Below are positions 1-13,056 of a stretch of DNA of 64,000 nt, piece by piece. Under the pieces are notes generated by a model. The model saw nothing but the letters and a program-made list of their open reading frames with translations. It was not told the origin of the DNA and did no database searches. Position 1 is the stretch's first letter; each line of letters begins with the position of its first letter. The position numbers and the translations under genes were made by a program. The DNA lies in assembly GCA_048013815.1 (NCBI GenBank), contig CM106585.1:5208001-5272000 (forward strand). Reading direction: 5' to 3'. The DNA comes from Setoptus koraiensis (taxonomy: Eukaryota; Animalia; Arthropoda).

Positions 1-540
1 CAAAACTAGAAAAAGAATTGGTGTCAAAATCATCATAACACAACACAACAATCGCTGCTTGCACAATCACATACTCGCAACTTGTGGGAGTCACCATCAA
101 CAAGATTAACATTATCGGCAGCAAGAGCTCAATCCAATTATCGTGGTCGCATTATTTATATAAATCTTATCACACACAATCAGTGTATTGAAAATTAGCT
201 AAAGGATTATAATTATCATTATCTCTCGTCTAGACGCATCGCACCATTAACACAACACTATTAACGTGAATCAGCAGCACCACACAAAGATCCATATCTC
301 GGCATCGTTGCCGGCATATCGCAGCTCGATACGTGCCTCGCCACATATTATAGAGGCTTCTCTGCGAAGAGCAAGCCGGGAATAGAGAGCGAGAGAAAGT
401 GTTGATACCTTTTTGGCATCTCCACACTGCTGATAGCTACCATTCGCTATCGCAACCATATATCCGATTTAAGATAAGCGCCGGTGGTGCTCTTCCTCCT
501 CGCATCTCGCACTTGCTCCACATCCAGTGGCCGACAGGCG

Positions 541-620
541 CCAACAACAACAACAGCAGCAGCAACAACAACAACAGCAGAAGCAACAACAACAACAGCA
601 GCAACAGCAACAACAACAAC
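541..620. repeat. (CAA/CAG)n trinucleotide microsatellite
   Basis: Run of caacaacagcagcagcaacaac. It generates spurious poly-L/V/N ORFs in several frames. Similar shorter runs lie at ~990-1010 and ~1120-1180. Confidence 0.95.
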
Positions 621-1597
621 AAGTGCAACACAAACAGTCAGACAGTTATAAAAGAAGAATAGACAGTTGTTAAGTGGCAGCCTCACTGACAGTTAGACAG
701 CCACAGACAGGCGAACGGACAGACACAGGTGAGACGGATGAACGACGGACGCACCAGAGGCATATAGGAACTGATATACAAACAAGGAGAGAATTGACCA
801 GATTATCTCCCCGTTATAACTCATTGTGGTGGCCAATCGCGGCTCGCATCAGTCAGCTTGATAGTGTTGGCGCCCAATGTGTAGCAGCGCATTATATAAC
901 ATATAACATTAGCGGCTTGAGCAGCATCTTTTTAGCATCTCGTTTAGTCGGTTGGATTGTTCAACACCGTTATTATTAGCGGTAGCAGCGATAACAACAA
1001 CAACAACGACACCATCTCAACAGCAAGTGCAGTAGCAATGCGAGGCGCTCACAGTACCCTGGAGCAGGCAAGCACAACACTTAGTTGGTATCATTTTTCC
1101 ATTTTGAGATTAGCCATCAACAGCAGCATCAGCAGCACAACCATCGACAACAACAGCAGCAACAACAACAACCAACAATCAACAAAATCAACAGCATCCA
1201 TCGGCCGCTAGCCAGCAGACAGTCGCTTGACCATCACACCATATTCACGCATTCAAGAACTCCTACTCACAGGTAAACGATCAATGAACCAGCGGCAAAA
1301 ATAGAAAACGCGAAACGAGCAACGCGAATTGTTACGTCACAAGGTGGCACAACGCAACACAAGGCAACACAAACGTACATTGCATAGACGCTGTTGCCCA
1401 GATTAGATAGTGAAGAGCGTGAGAGTAGTGACAGAATCAATCAATCAATTGCTCACTCAACAATCATTGCCATTAGAGATGTGATCATCTCGTGTCAATC
1501 CCATCACCACACACGATTAAGCACACACAAGATTAAATCACTGACCACTCGCCACTCGACACTGACCGAATCCTCGCCATCGTCACTACTGGCCATT

Positions 1598-4500
1598 ATG
1601 CAGTCGGCTGCCAAACGTTCCAGTGGCCCTATTATAGACGCTTCGAGCATGCACAATTCGCTTCGAAAGCCCCAAAATAGAAATAACAGTGCGCTAATTG
1701 TTAATAAACACAATCCAGCGGCTCAACGCGACAGCAACAACAACAGCAGCAACAACAACAATTCACAACGACACAAGCGGCCGAGTCGGCAGCAGAGAGC
1801 AGAACAGAGCGGCCGAAAGTCGCCAATAAGCAAGAACAAGATGAATAATTCACACAGCCAGTGCCAAAGAATCAAGATCGCAATGACATTAGACGAAGAG
1901 ACACAAGAAAACAATTATGCAAATTGCCACCTAGATTGCGGTGCGCACAACAAGCAGCAACAGAACAAACAAAGTTACAACGACAACAAGTGTCAGCATC
2001 ATCGGGTGTCGTCAATCAGCCGACACAAAAGAATCATGACATACGACAGTCATCGGTTTATAAAACAGAGAAAGAACCTCACAGAGTCCAATAGCCGCTC
2101 TTATGCGACAACAACAATCACATTATTTCTATTCTCAATAATAATAATAATAATGACAATGTTGCAGCAGCAGCAACAGGTGGCAGCAAGCGAACAGCAT
2201 GCGTCGTCGTCGTCGCTGTCAAAATCGTCGAGTTTGTTGCGCTTGAAAAAGTCCTCAGATAAACTCAACAGTTGGCTCTTGAAAGAGGTGGCCCCAAAGG
2301 TGGCCAATCGTGTCTTGGACAATCTGTTTCAGCCTGCGCAGGCAACTGGCAGCGCCAGCAACAACGGTAACGGTCAGCAACAATTATCAGCTGCAACGTC
2401 TCTATTGTCAGTGTTGCCTGTCATGTCATCTGTGGTTGCCGGACAGTCAAAATCAACGGCGCCCAGCGTGCTAGAGGAGCAAGCTCAACAGCAGGCCAGA
2501 AATCTAGTCTCTAGCGGCTTTCAAGTGGCACAAAATTTAATTATGCAAGAGGGCAGAAAAATGTTTGGCCGCGCCATGGACAAACAATTGAATAAGTTAC
2601 TTCAAAAGACCACCACCTATTCATTGAGTCCTTCGTCGCGCGAACAACAACTAACATTGTCCAACAATGCACACACCAACAGCAACAACAACAACAACAA
2701 CAACAACAGCCCTTGGTCGCTCTCGAAAGAGTCTAGCTACGACCAAATTGGCTCTAACAGTGACAATAATCAATTGGACGATAATCCGCTCGTTTTGCGC
2801 GCCGAGCACGCACAAAATGTCACCTCATCGCCGCCTCCGCCGCCGCCCTCGCCCTCACCACCGAACAGAAATTATTTAATGTCGAAAGCACAAAAACTTC
2901 GCCAACAACAACTATTGCAACAACAACAACAGCACCAGTACAATGTGCAACAGAGAAACACAAACAGGGCCCAGCAACAACAGAGGCACCATTCGACGGT
3001 GGCAGCCGCCACCACCATCAGCAATCACAATAGACAAAACGGGCCCATAAAGCCGCTGCAACACGCCATCCAGCAACAACGCCAACAACAACAGTCGCCG
3101 TACGCCACCAATCTACTAGATTCGCAAGCTTCCATGGGCACCGGCGCTCAGCTAGATTATCAGACTGCATCAATTAACAACAATGAACAGCATTCGCAGG
3201 ATATGAACATTGTCAGAGCGCCCATAAGCAGCACAATGTCGTCCATATCCAGCGAGTTGCCGTCGATATTTTCGTCGGCCATCAACTCAATAATATCCTC
3301 TTCATCATTGTCGTCAGCGCAACCCACCCACACTCAACAACAACAAATGCACTCCATTTCGTCGTCGTCGTCGTCGCCAAGCTCATCTGGCCTACTAGCA
3401 GCAGAGGCATTGGTTTCCGCACACAAGGCGCCCCCTACTACGTCACTACTGACAACAGCGGCCTCAACACAACAACAGGTTTTCATAACGGACCAAGGTG
3501 ATAACAAGGTTAAAATATTGGCCAACAACCGTTCTAAGAAGCCCTCTTACGTCCATTCCACCAATCATCCAAACAAATCGTGGTACAGCACCAATAGGCC
3601 CAACAATCCCTATTTAACCAACACAGGTAAACACAGAAATCAGCAGCAACAAAACAACCGGTACCAGCAACAACAAGCCAGCACTCCGTCTAGTACCACG
3701 AGCACTACCTCCTCAACTACCACCACCAGTACAACAACTACATCAACAACCACCGAAAGTCCGCCCACTATGCCCTCTATAGAGATTGTCACTCAACAAT
3801 TATTGCCACAACACCAAACCCAGGCAACTAGTGATAAAGCGCCCCAACCAACTAATAAGCCCACTAATAGCAAGATGTCATCATTAACAAAGACTCTGGT
3901 AGCTGCGGCCGCAACCACAGCACGACAATCTATCACATCCACGGATGCCATACCAACGGCATTGGGGGCGCCATTGTATCATCTCAGGCCCAATTATACC
4001 TCTACTAGCATTATGGTGCCGCCAAAACGAGCCACTCCGCTAGACTTGATGAGACCAAACGCAAAATTGGCCGCACAATACATTCAAAAAGGTATCCATA
4101 GTGTGTCAAGTACAATATTTGGACGCCAACAAATGAATTGGGCACGCCGGCTCGGACTGAGCTCGATGCTTCTATCGGGCCTCATTTACGGAGTTGCTCT
4201 ACTGGCGGGTCTACCGCCAAATGCTCCCGCTTTGGCCGGACTCGAAGGTAACAACCTATAGACAATCTATAATGATCTAAACTCACACTCCTAGCATGCT
4301 CGTTCTATTCACAGTTGTTTTTTTTCACCCTTTAATATCTAAATTTCTATCTATCTTTGCCTATTTAATTCTACCATCAATAACCATTTGCAATTTAATT
4401 CGCAAAGCTCTCGGTGTCCTGGGTAACAAGAGAAGAGGCGGCCAAAAGGAACCGCTAATCGGTTCTGCCTCTGGTGGTAATTTGTTTTCTGAACAATTGA

Positions 4501-4886
4501 ACAAAATGACTATACAGCAACAGCAACAGTTGCTTCCTTTTCTGGATCATCTCATCAAACAGGAACAAAGTAAACAAAGATTTCTATTAAGCCAAAACGA
4601 CAACAACAACTTTAACGGTAATTTAATGTTGCCTTTGATACAGAGTGGCGCTCAAAATCTCATTGAGAGGGCTGCCCAACCGTCGCATCATAGTTTTTTG
4701 CATCACCACGACAATGGGGTCGACAATGGGGCATTAGTAGGCCGACTGGTGACAATGAATCAGGGAATAATGGCGCCTTTTATGAGCCAATCGGATCAAT
4801 TACAAGAGGAATCGTCTACATCAAATTCATGGAAATTGTTCAATCAGGCCCAACAAGATACAATAAGAAGGAGGAGAAAGCGCTAG
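1598..4886 (+). CDS. Orphan Q/N/S/T-rich membrane or secreted protein, model join(1598..4247,4408..4886)
   Basis: 955-aa ORF whose first ATG is at 1598. It has hydrophobic segments ITLFLFSIIIIIMTML and LGLSSMLLSGLIYGVALLAGL. A phase-1 donor G|GTAAC at 4248 joins in frame to acceptor AAG|CT at 4407 (ALGVLGNKRR). No family recognised; the start is uncertain. Confidence 0.65.
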
Positions 4887-6260
4887 TCACACTAACATAA
4901 GAGCCATGATGAAACACAAATTGGCAACAACACCATTCATATTGACAAACAACACCACCATTTAGCTAACCTACTGGTCACCCTAAGCAAAATGGCAGCA
5001 ATTACAACAGACACACATACATATATTATACAGATTAACTAGGAACAAGGATCAGTATGTTCAACAATTGTTGTGTTTTGTTTTTAACTTTACATTTTTT
5101 CTTTTGTATAACATAATTATTATTATTATTATTATTTTTATTCTGTTGCAGTTCATCAACATTATCCAAAGCAACCTATATAAAAACTGTTGATTATCTC
5201 ACTGACAAATAAGCGTACACAATCATTCTCACATCGTGTATAGCTAATTATCTGCGACAATTACCGATTTCGTCACCATTTCGTTGAATCTATTTCAATT
5301 GGGGCCCAGCCTAACCAGAACCGAATCAATGAATCTATAATAGTGGGTGCCTACTGTGCAGCAGCGCCTCGTGAGGTGCACAAGTTGTGCAACAAATTAT
5401 TGCAAAAAATAAGCCTTTTGAAGCTTATCTATCGTAGCGGGCTATGCGCACGTTTTTTGCAAACCGGCTCGGCTAACAAAAGGTGCAACAGTTGTGCACC
5501 TATCACAAATTGTAGCATTTTCGATTATTTATTCGACGCGATTTACAATTGTTAGACGGATTCTCGGGCCCCGATGAATATTCATGCAAACGCGGCAATC
5601 ATTCGGCGGCTATTGGGGCGCCAATAATCCCCGAATGGCAAAAAACGAAGCCGTCTGAGTGGCTGTAACAAGGCTGCTTGCACATTCCTTTCTACGCTCG
5701 GTTCGAATGTTGGTTCGAAGAAAAGAATTCTCTCTCGTTTATACATGGCATGGCATCGTGTGTGTGTACGCGTTCTTCTCTGATGCTTTTGTTTGTTGTC
5801 TGTGCAGAGAGAAAGTTGCACACAAATAGGCGCTGTGGTTGTTACGCGTATGCGCCTGTATTTTTAATATTATTGTGTATGAAAACCAAATCAGCATAGT
5901 GGCGTGGATTCGCTGAGCATGTGCTGGGCCTGTGCAGAACAGCTCATTGTGCGGAATGTGCTTGCAGCGCCAGCGTATTATAGTGCACTGTGGTATAGCA
6001 ATGCACCAAAAACACCAAAACACCAGAAATACCAGAACAGCCAAACGGTTGAACTGCCAGCATAATGGAATTGTTTCTTTTTTTGTTACTAACCTAATTT
6101 ATTATTATTATTAATTGATAAATCATTATTTATTTTACCTATATATGCATATATATATATACTCATATAAATACGCATATATATATTGCAACACGTAACC
6201 CACAAACAACGCTCACTCATTTATATACTGCTGACACACACACACACACACACAAAGAGA

Positions 6261-9014
6261 ATGGCCAGTATAACCAAGGATCCAAAATTAGCCGATACGC
6301 CCAAACCCAAGAGGCCTCCACCTCCGCCTCCACCGCCACCCCGGGTTAATGGAAAAAATAGCCCATTGTTGCGCTGCTCAAGCCCGGCTAGTTCCTCATG
6401 CAATGGTCATCTTACAAGTCAGCAACATTATGCGTCATCTTGGCGTGGATCAACAACAGGCTCAACAACATCGTCCTACAATACTGCGACCACTTGTTGT
6501 CATAGCTGTCATCATCACCATCCAGCTCATACAAATCATCATCATATACATAATAACAATAACGATCATAGGTGCCAATCTATTAGCTCTAGTGCATCGG
6601 CTCACGGTGGCTCCTCTAATTACAATCAAATGTGCTGTAATCAAATGGTCTGCTCTATGAATGTGTGCAGAAAACTGATCGATTTACAACAACCCCAACA
6701 ACATCATTATAATAGTAACGTTTCATTAGCGCCCACCTACTGCTGTCCATCTAGTAGTATGAGTAGTGCTTTGAGCCACAGTAGTTTAAGCCACAGCCAG
6801 CATCATAATAATAATAACAATATTTATGCTCCTATGAGTAGTTCGAGTGACACACACAACAACTTTGCATCTATACCATCTAGATTAAATTTAAGTAACG
6901 GAAGCGGCAATTCTACTAATTATAGATTATCACATCATGCACATAATCAATTGATGATGAATCAGCAAGACTTTCTCGAGAGTTCCAGTGAAATAAGCAC
7001 ATCATCCGCAGGTTGCCATCACAATAATAACACGCAAATGCATAATATGTGCTCACATAAACTCTTATATCATAATAATAGTAATAACAATACCAATGCA
7101 ACAGCAAGAGCGCATAGGCCTTGTCCACCAACTCCGGATCAAACAAAGACAGCTGCGATACCTAATACACCTCCCCCACCACCTCCTATTCAACAACCAT
7201 GCCCATATAATCCCGCGACAAGCAATAGGCAAACAAAACCACCAGTGCCTAGTGTTCGTTCACTACCCAAATCACCGTACATTATCAATAAGGATCAACA
7301 AATCAATAGTAGTAGCAAGAGAATTAATGTTCTACAATCAGATCAATTAGAAAATTTAAATATAGAAATTCTCTCATTAACAGATGCTTCGCCAAATAAT
7401 AATTCGGATGGCTCAATAAAACCTCAATTATCACCACTACCAAAATTAAGAGAGAAGAGAGCCGATGGAACATTCTCTACTGGTCCCAAAAGTTACGAGC
7501 GTTGCAGTGAACGGGCTTATATGCGTTTTATGGAACATCACTATGAAAGCACATCCAAGTATTTGCATGAACGACAACAAAAAATACTAAAACTAAAGAG
7601 TGAATATTTGAGGTCGCCCATGATGGTTCCAAACCCATCCTTTGAAGAGGTTTGTAAGGATCTATTCAGAAAGGAGTCCATCAATCTCAGATTGAAGCGT
7701 CAGAAGATGAGTAGAGATGACTTTGAAGTTATACGATTGATTGGTCGAGGAGTCATCGGTAAGTAGGCAGCGGCCATTATGACTTGAGGTATATAACAAG
7801 TTTTTTGAACTTTTTGTCTAAATTATTCTTCACTTTACTTATTTGTATATTTCGCAGGCGAAGTCTCGCTTGTAAGGAAGAAATCTAAATATCTCAATGA
7901 GAATGATATGCTTTACGCAATGAAAACTCTTGACAAGGAAGAGGTCCTCAAACGTAATGGAATGGCTCATGTATGGGCAGAAAGAGATTTTCTTGTGGAA
8001 GCAAATAATGAATGGATAGTGAAAATGTTTTTTTCTTTTCAAGATAAACAGAAACTATATTTCATAATGGAATATACCCCAGGGGGAGATTTGATGACTT
8101 TGTTAATTAGGGAAAAAATATTTAGTGAGGATGCTGCAAGATTCTACATTGCGCAGATATCTCTCGCAGTTCAATCTGTTCACGACATGGGAGTTATACA
8201 TAGGGATATAAAGCCAGACAACATCTTAATTGACAAAGATGGTCATATCAAGCTTGGAGATTTTGGGCAATGCACTGGATTTAAATGGCAGCATAATATT
8301 CAGTACTATCTAGATTGTGAAAAATCAGCAGAGAACTCATCGACCAATCAAGATAATGAACCCTTTTGTCCAGACAAGACTCTGACTCAGGAGCTCGGGG
8401 AACGTCAGAATCAGCAGGAGCAGAGAAAAAACTATTCCGTCGTAGGATCCACTAACTATATGGCGCCTGAAGTTTTTGGTCGTCAGCCTTGGACGAAATT
8501 GTGTGATTGGTGGAGTGTGGGAGTAATCTTCTATGAGATGATCGTAGGATATTGTCCATTCAATCCCCCACCAGGCACCGCCCTTGATGAATTTGACAGC
8601 ATTACTAATGAGAACGGTGAAACAATATTACTTACCCATGACCAAAAAATTCAATACCGAATAATCAAGTGGAGAAAGTATCTTAATTTTCCATCTGACG
8701 CCGAACTTTCACACGAGTCTAAAAATCTGATACTTGGACTCTTGAATGATGTTGACTATAGACTGTGTCAAAGAGGTATTAGAGATTTAAAAAATCATGC
8801 ATTCTTCAATAATCTAGAATGGGACAAAATAAGAAGCTTGCAGGCTCCTTGGCCGCCCCAGATAGAGAATAATGGTTTAGGCAATTTTCCTCAGGAAGCC
8901 TTGCCACAACCATTTGTATACAACAGCGAATGCGCCAACTCTAACTTACAGACCAATCAATGTTTTAAAACCTTTTATGAATTTACATACCGAGCAGACT
9001 TTGAAACTAGTTGA
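6261..9014 (+). CDS. wts: Warts/LATS Ser/Thr kinase (Hippo pathway), join(6261..7758,7858..9014), 884 aa
   Basis: MOB-binding NTR (RFMEHHYE...RKESINLRLKRQKM). The spliced Gly loop reads IGRGVIGEVSLVRKK. Also YAMK, HRDIKPDN, DFG-CTGFKWQH, YSVVGSTNYMAPE, CDWWSVGVI and the hydrophobic motif FYEFTYR. The phase-1 intron 7759..7857 (GTAAGT...TTCGCAG) restores the frame. Confidence 0.93.
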
Positions 9015-9083
9015 TGCAGTCATACGAAAATGTACCTAGAATGAATAAACAATAATTGATATAAAATAGGGTGTTCATTTTAA

Positions 9084-12000
9084 TTAGGCCATACTGTCAC
9101 TATCATCATTGTCGTCATCACTATCATCAACATTTTTCGTTTTGACAATGTTATCATTCTCGTCGTCATCATTGACGCTCTTACTATCGCCATCATCATC
9201 ATCTTTGATGCTCTTGCTGTCGTCATCATCGTCGTCGTCTTTGGTGCTTTTGCCGCCATCGTCATCATCGTCTTTGCTGCTTTTGCCGCCATCGTCATCA
9301 TCGTCTTTGCTGCTTTTGCTGTCATCATCATCGTCGTCGCTATCACTATCGCTGGCATCATCATCTTTACCATGAAATTCTTTTTGATCGTCCGAACTGC
9401 GCTCAACTTCGGAATCAGAATCGTTCAGCTTCGACTTAGAAGACTCAGCAATAACCAAAGACTTATTTGGTCGTTCTTCGTCATCGGAATCAGCACTGTC
9501 GGAATCATTTTCGGACGAGGAAACAATTTCTTTCGATTTGAATTTGCTGGATGATGATGATCTTTTACTGGAAGATGTTTCGCCTTTGGATTTTCTTTGA
9601 CTCTTGGATTTTCTTGACTTCTTATCTTCACTAACTCGTCGGTTCTTTGCTTTCTTCTTCTGTCTCTCAAGGCGCTCTTCATTAGCAAGCTTTTCGTCGG
9701 CGGAGTTACTGGCATCAGTGATGAAGCCATCGGTATTTTCAGATCTCTGAATTTTTCTCTTCTTTGAAGGTCTTTCGTCCATAGGCTCCTCAGCAATTTT
9801 GTGTTTTGTTTCCTCTTGCTTCCTAATGATTTCTTTTCGCTTGGCTTCCATCTCTTCTTTTCTGCGCCTCTCTTCCTCCTCTCTTAACCGTTCTTCTTCT
9901 TCTTTAGACGCTTTACTGAGAGCTAGTTGTTCGTCGTGAAGACGCCTTCGTTCTCTTTCGTCGTCATCTAATTTACGTGCTCGAGTAACAAAGATTGTCG
10001 CCTGACTCAACAAGTCCTGACATTCCCTAACTTCACGGGCTGCAGCATTTGTATCCAACTTTGATTTGTCGCCACTTCCACAGAGGTAGTGGAAGTACTT
10101 ATGCGCCAACCCAAGCTCATCTACAGACATCAAAACTGTTCTTAACGAACTTTTCGTATCTCTAAATCGCTGGGAGGCCAATTTTTTCAAGACTATAGCC
10201 AAGTTATATAGGATTACAGTATCATGGGGACAAACATGGCGAGCTTGAAGAAGCGTGTTCTTACATTCATCTAATTTGTTGGCCTTAAAATATGCTCTTG
10301 AAATGTAGAGCATAATCTCAGTGTTTGGATGTGAGTAGAACTTTTTAAGGCAGTTCTCGTACATCTGGACAGCGGCTACATATTGCTTTTGTTCCACATA
10401 GATGTGAGCAATGTTAACCCAAACATCGGGGAAATCAGCTGTAGCTTCTCTTACTTGAGCAAATACATCTCGAGCCTCATTCAGAAGCCCTTTATTGGCG
10501 AGTACACAACCTATACCGCTTGCAGCCCATATATTCCTAGGGTCGTGCTTTAAAGCGGCCTTGTAAAATTGCAATGCCCTTTCACGTTGGCGTTTCAATT
10601 TTTCCTTATCTTTGATAGGCTGATATAGATTTTGAAGCCAAACATTGCCCATAGCAATCAATGAATAAATATCTGGATTTTGTTTGCTCTTCTGATTAGT
10701 TTCTAGTATTCTTTCGAACTTCTTCTGACCAGGGCCCCATTCTTGTTTTGCCAAATGTAGATTTCCAATCAAAGACCATGCATCAGCGTGATCCGGATCT
10801 ACTCTCAGTGCTTCCTTAAACCTATCCGAGGCGTCGAAAATTTGTCCTCGATCTCGATCCATACAACCTAATCGTAAGTAACAGTCTATGTAATTGGGGT
10901 GATTCTTGAGAATGTCTTTGTAGACTTTTTCAGCTTCATCGTGTTGGTAAAGAGATTCATAGAGACGACCGAGATTGTAGCGAATCGTATAGATGATGCA
11001 ACTATAGTATTGCTCATCATTCATCATTCCTTCCTCACACTGTTTAAGTGCTAGATTATAATATGTTTCTGCCTCAGTCAGATTCTTGTTAGCAAATAGT
11101 AAAGCCGCTATGTTGTTATATATTTCAGGAGGGACAGAACCTCCCTCAGTCTCCTCAAGTATCTGTATGGCAGTTTTGTAGGCTGTAAGGGCTAACTGAG
11201 TATCTTTTTGTTCCGAAATCGAGGCTAATTCAATCCAAGCTGTGTGATCTTTCGGATTCTGTTCGGTAACTTTTTTGAAGTAGTTCAATGCTTGTTCTCG
11301 TTTTGTTTGACTGGTTGTTAATGCATAAAGTGTACCCAGAACTTTCATAGATTCATAGTCATTGGGATGCACCTTTAAAACGTTTTCGAAACATTGTGTT
11401 GCTAAATCCAATTCACCACGATGAATGTACATTTGACCCAAACCATACTGGGGTAAAATAAATTGAGGACTGCTAAATTGTGTGGCTTTGTAATAAAATT
11501 CGAAGGCTTCGTCGTATTGATTATTTAAATGGTAGGCTCTTGCCATTTGATAACAACTTTCGGCCTGCATAGCCTCTACATCTGTATTTTCAAGGGCTTT
11601 CCTTGCCAAATGCATAACCTCGCGGTCTTTCTTTCTAAAGAAAAAGTGATTGGCCAAATGAATTAAAACCATTGGATCATTCGGATCAATTTTGTAAGCT
11701 CTCTCTAGCATTTTTACACCTTTTTTCATTGATTCCACTGTTTTCTTATTCAATTCTATGATAGCCAGACCAACAAGTGCACCAACACAACGTGGGTCAA
11801 CAGCTAGTGCCCTATTGAATGCCTGCTCGGCTTTCGCGATATTATTAAGACGATAAAAACAATGTCCCATTCCTAGTCTAATGTCAGCAGGGCACCGAGC
11901 ATTCAAGTTGAGTGCCTTCTTGTAGAGTTGTAAAGCTGTTCTTTTACCTTCTAGTTCCTTCTTATTGAATTCAATACATGCTCTTCCGAGCAACGAGGGA

Positions 12001-12697
12001 ATGTTTTCAGGTTCTCCATGTTCTTGCTGCTGTGACAGAACAAAATTGAATTGAACATCTGCCTGTTCTGTTTTTCCCTCTATTAAACAATAGTAGGCAC
12101 GTCCAAGCAAATGATACTGATCGTATAAGAGCATTGTATCAGCCTGGGTGAAGAGATCTGTGGCCCGAACGAAGTATTCTTTCTTTTTGTCTGGATTTTT
12201 GGTTTGCTTTCCTTTTCGGGCATAGTAGATGGCCAATGTATCTAGAGCCCTCATTTTCTCTTTCACAGCTTCACTTTCTTCGGCTTGGTTCTGAGATCCT
12301 CGCGGATCTAAGCTATCTGCATTCTCAAGAGATTTTTCTAATAGCAGTTCCAGAGCATCTCCGTTTCCTTGTCTGTAGTATTCCAACTGAACGAGCAGCA
12401 AAAGAGTTTTATTATTAGTATTATTGTAGGTATAATGCTAGTGCCAACTTTCAGTTTCTCTATCATTGGAAGAACATCTTTATATTCAGAATATTTTTGT
12501 AGTTTTCGCTGATAGATTCTACGTTCTACAATATTTCACTAAGAACAACTTACTGCAAGTGTGATCCATAGGCTCAGTTTTGCCTTTTCGTTTTTAAGAA
12601 CGCCTAAAATCTCTTCGGGTAGAGGTAGATTCGAACAATCGAGTTCGATAACTTCGTCGGCATCCCTGAGCAGAGGTATCTCTATGTTTCCCGGCAT
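9084..12697 (-). CDS. CTR9: PAF1 complex subunit CTR9, join(12697..12554,12386..9084), 1148 aa
   Basis: Exon 1 MPGNIEIPLLRDADEVIELD...LWITLA splices in phase 0 (GTAAGT at 12553, CAG at 12387) to LEYYRQG. TPR array with RLGMGHCF, WGPGQKKFERIL, NIWAASGIGCVLA and FAQVREATADFPDVWVNIAHIYVEQKQY. Acidic tail. Confidence 0.97.
9248..9313 (-). repeat. 33-bp coding tandem repeat in the CTR9 tail (KSSKDDDDDGG)
   Basis: Two exact copies of ttttgccgccatcgtcatcatcgtctttgctgc (9248..9280, 9281..9313), with degenerate copies on either side (~9170-9365). Confidence 0.9.
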
Positions 12698-12974
12698 GTT
12701 TCAGTCCGAATGACGTATGTGTTATGTCCCAATTGATTGTAAAAAGATTTAATTTTATTATTCTTCAGTTGAATTGGTTAAGAACAGGTCGTGTCCCAAA
12801 ATTCAACTAGAAGAGCGGTTTTGACTGGACTTGCAGAACTAATACACAAAATGAGCGGTCACGTGATGCATGTGTGCATATGTGTGTGAGATTCTACCTC
12901 AGCAAACGTACGAGTTAACCGCACATATCTTTCATCAGGTCAGGTTTAGCCCATTGGTCTAAACCGCGAGCGCT

Positions 12975-13056
12975 GCAACTATGGCCGAGTGGTTAAGGCG
13001 ATGGACTAGAAATCCATTGGGTTCTACCCGCGTAGGTTCGAATCCTACTGGTTGCG
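12975..13056 (+). tRNA. tRNA-Ser (AGA)
   Basis: 82 nt. Acceptor stem GCAACTA/TGGTTGC, A-box TGGCCGAGTGGTTAAGGCG, anticodon loop CT-AGA-AA, long variable arm, B-box GGTTCGAATCC, and a T-run terminator a few nt downstream. Confidence 0.97.

Noticed and set aside
230-1276. Many short overlapping ORFs (poly-L, poly-V, poly-N)
   Set aside because: By-products of CAA/CAG microsatellites; no coherent protein.
5696-5722. Two GGTTCGAA B-box-like motifs (possible tRNA or SINE)
   Set aside because: No A-box at the right spacing and no cloverleaf.
6186-6260. ORF-track N-terminal extension of Warts (MQHVTHK...)
   Set aside because: Starts at TTG and runs through a (CA)n tract; ATG 6261 is the plausible start.
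9080-9796. Alternative-frame and antisense ORFs over the CTR9 tail
   Set aside because: Shadows of the repetitive Asp/Ser/Lys coding sequence.
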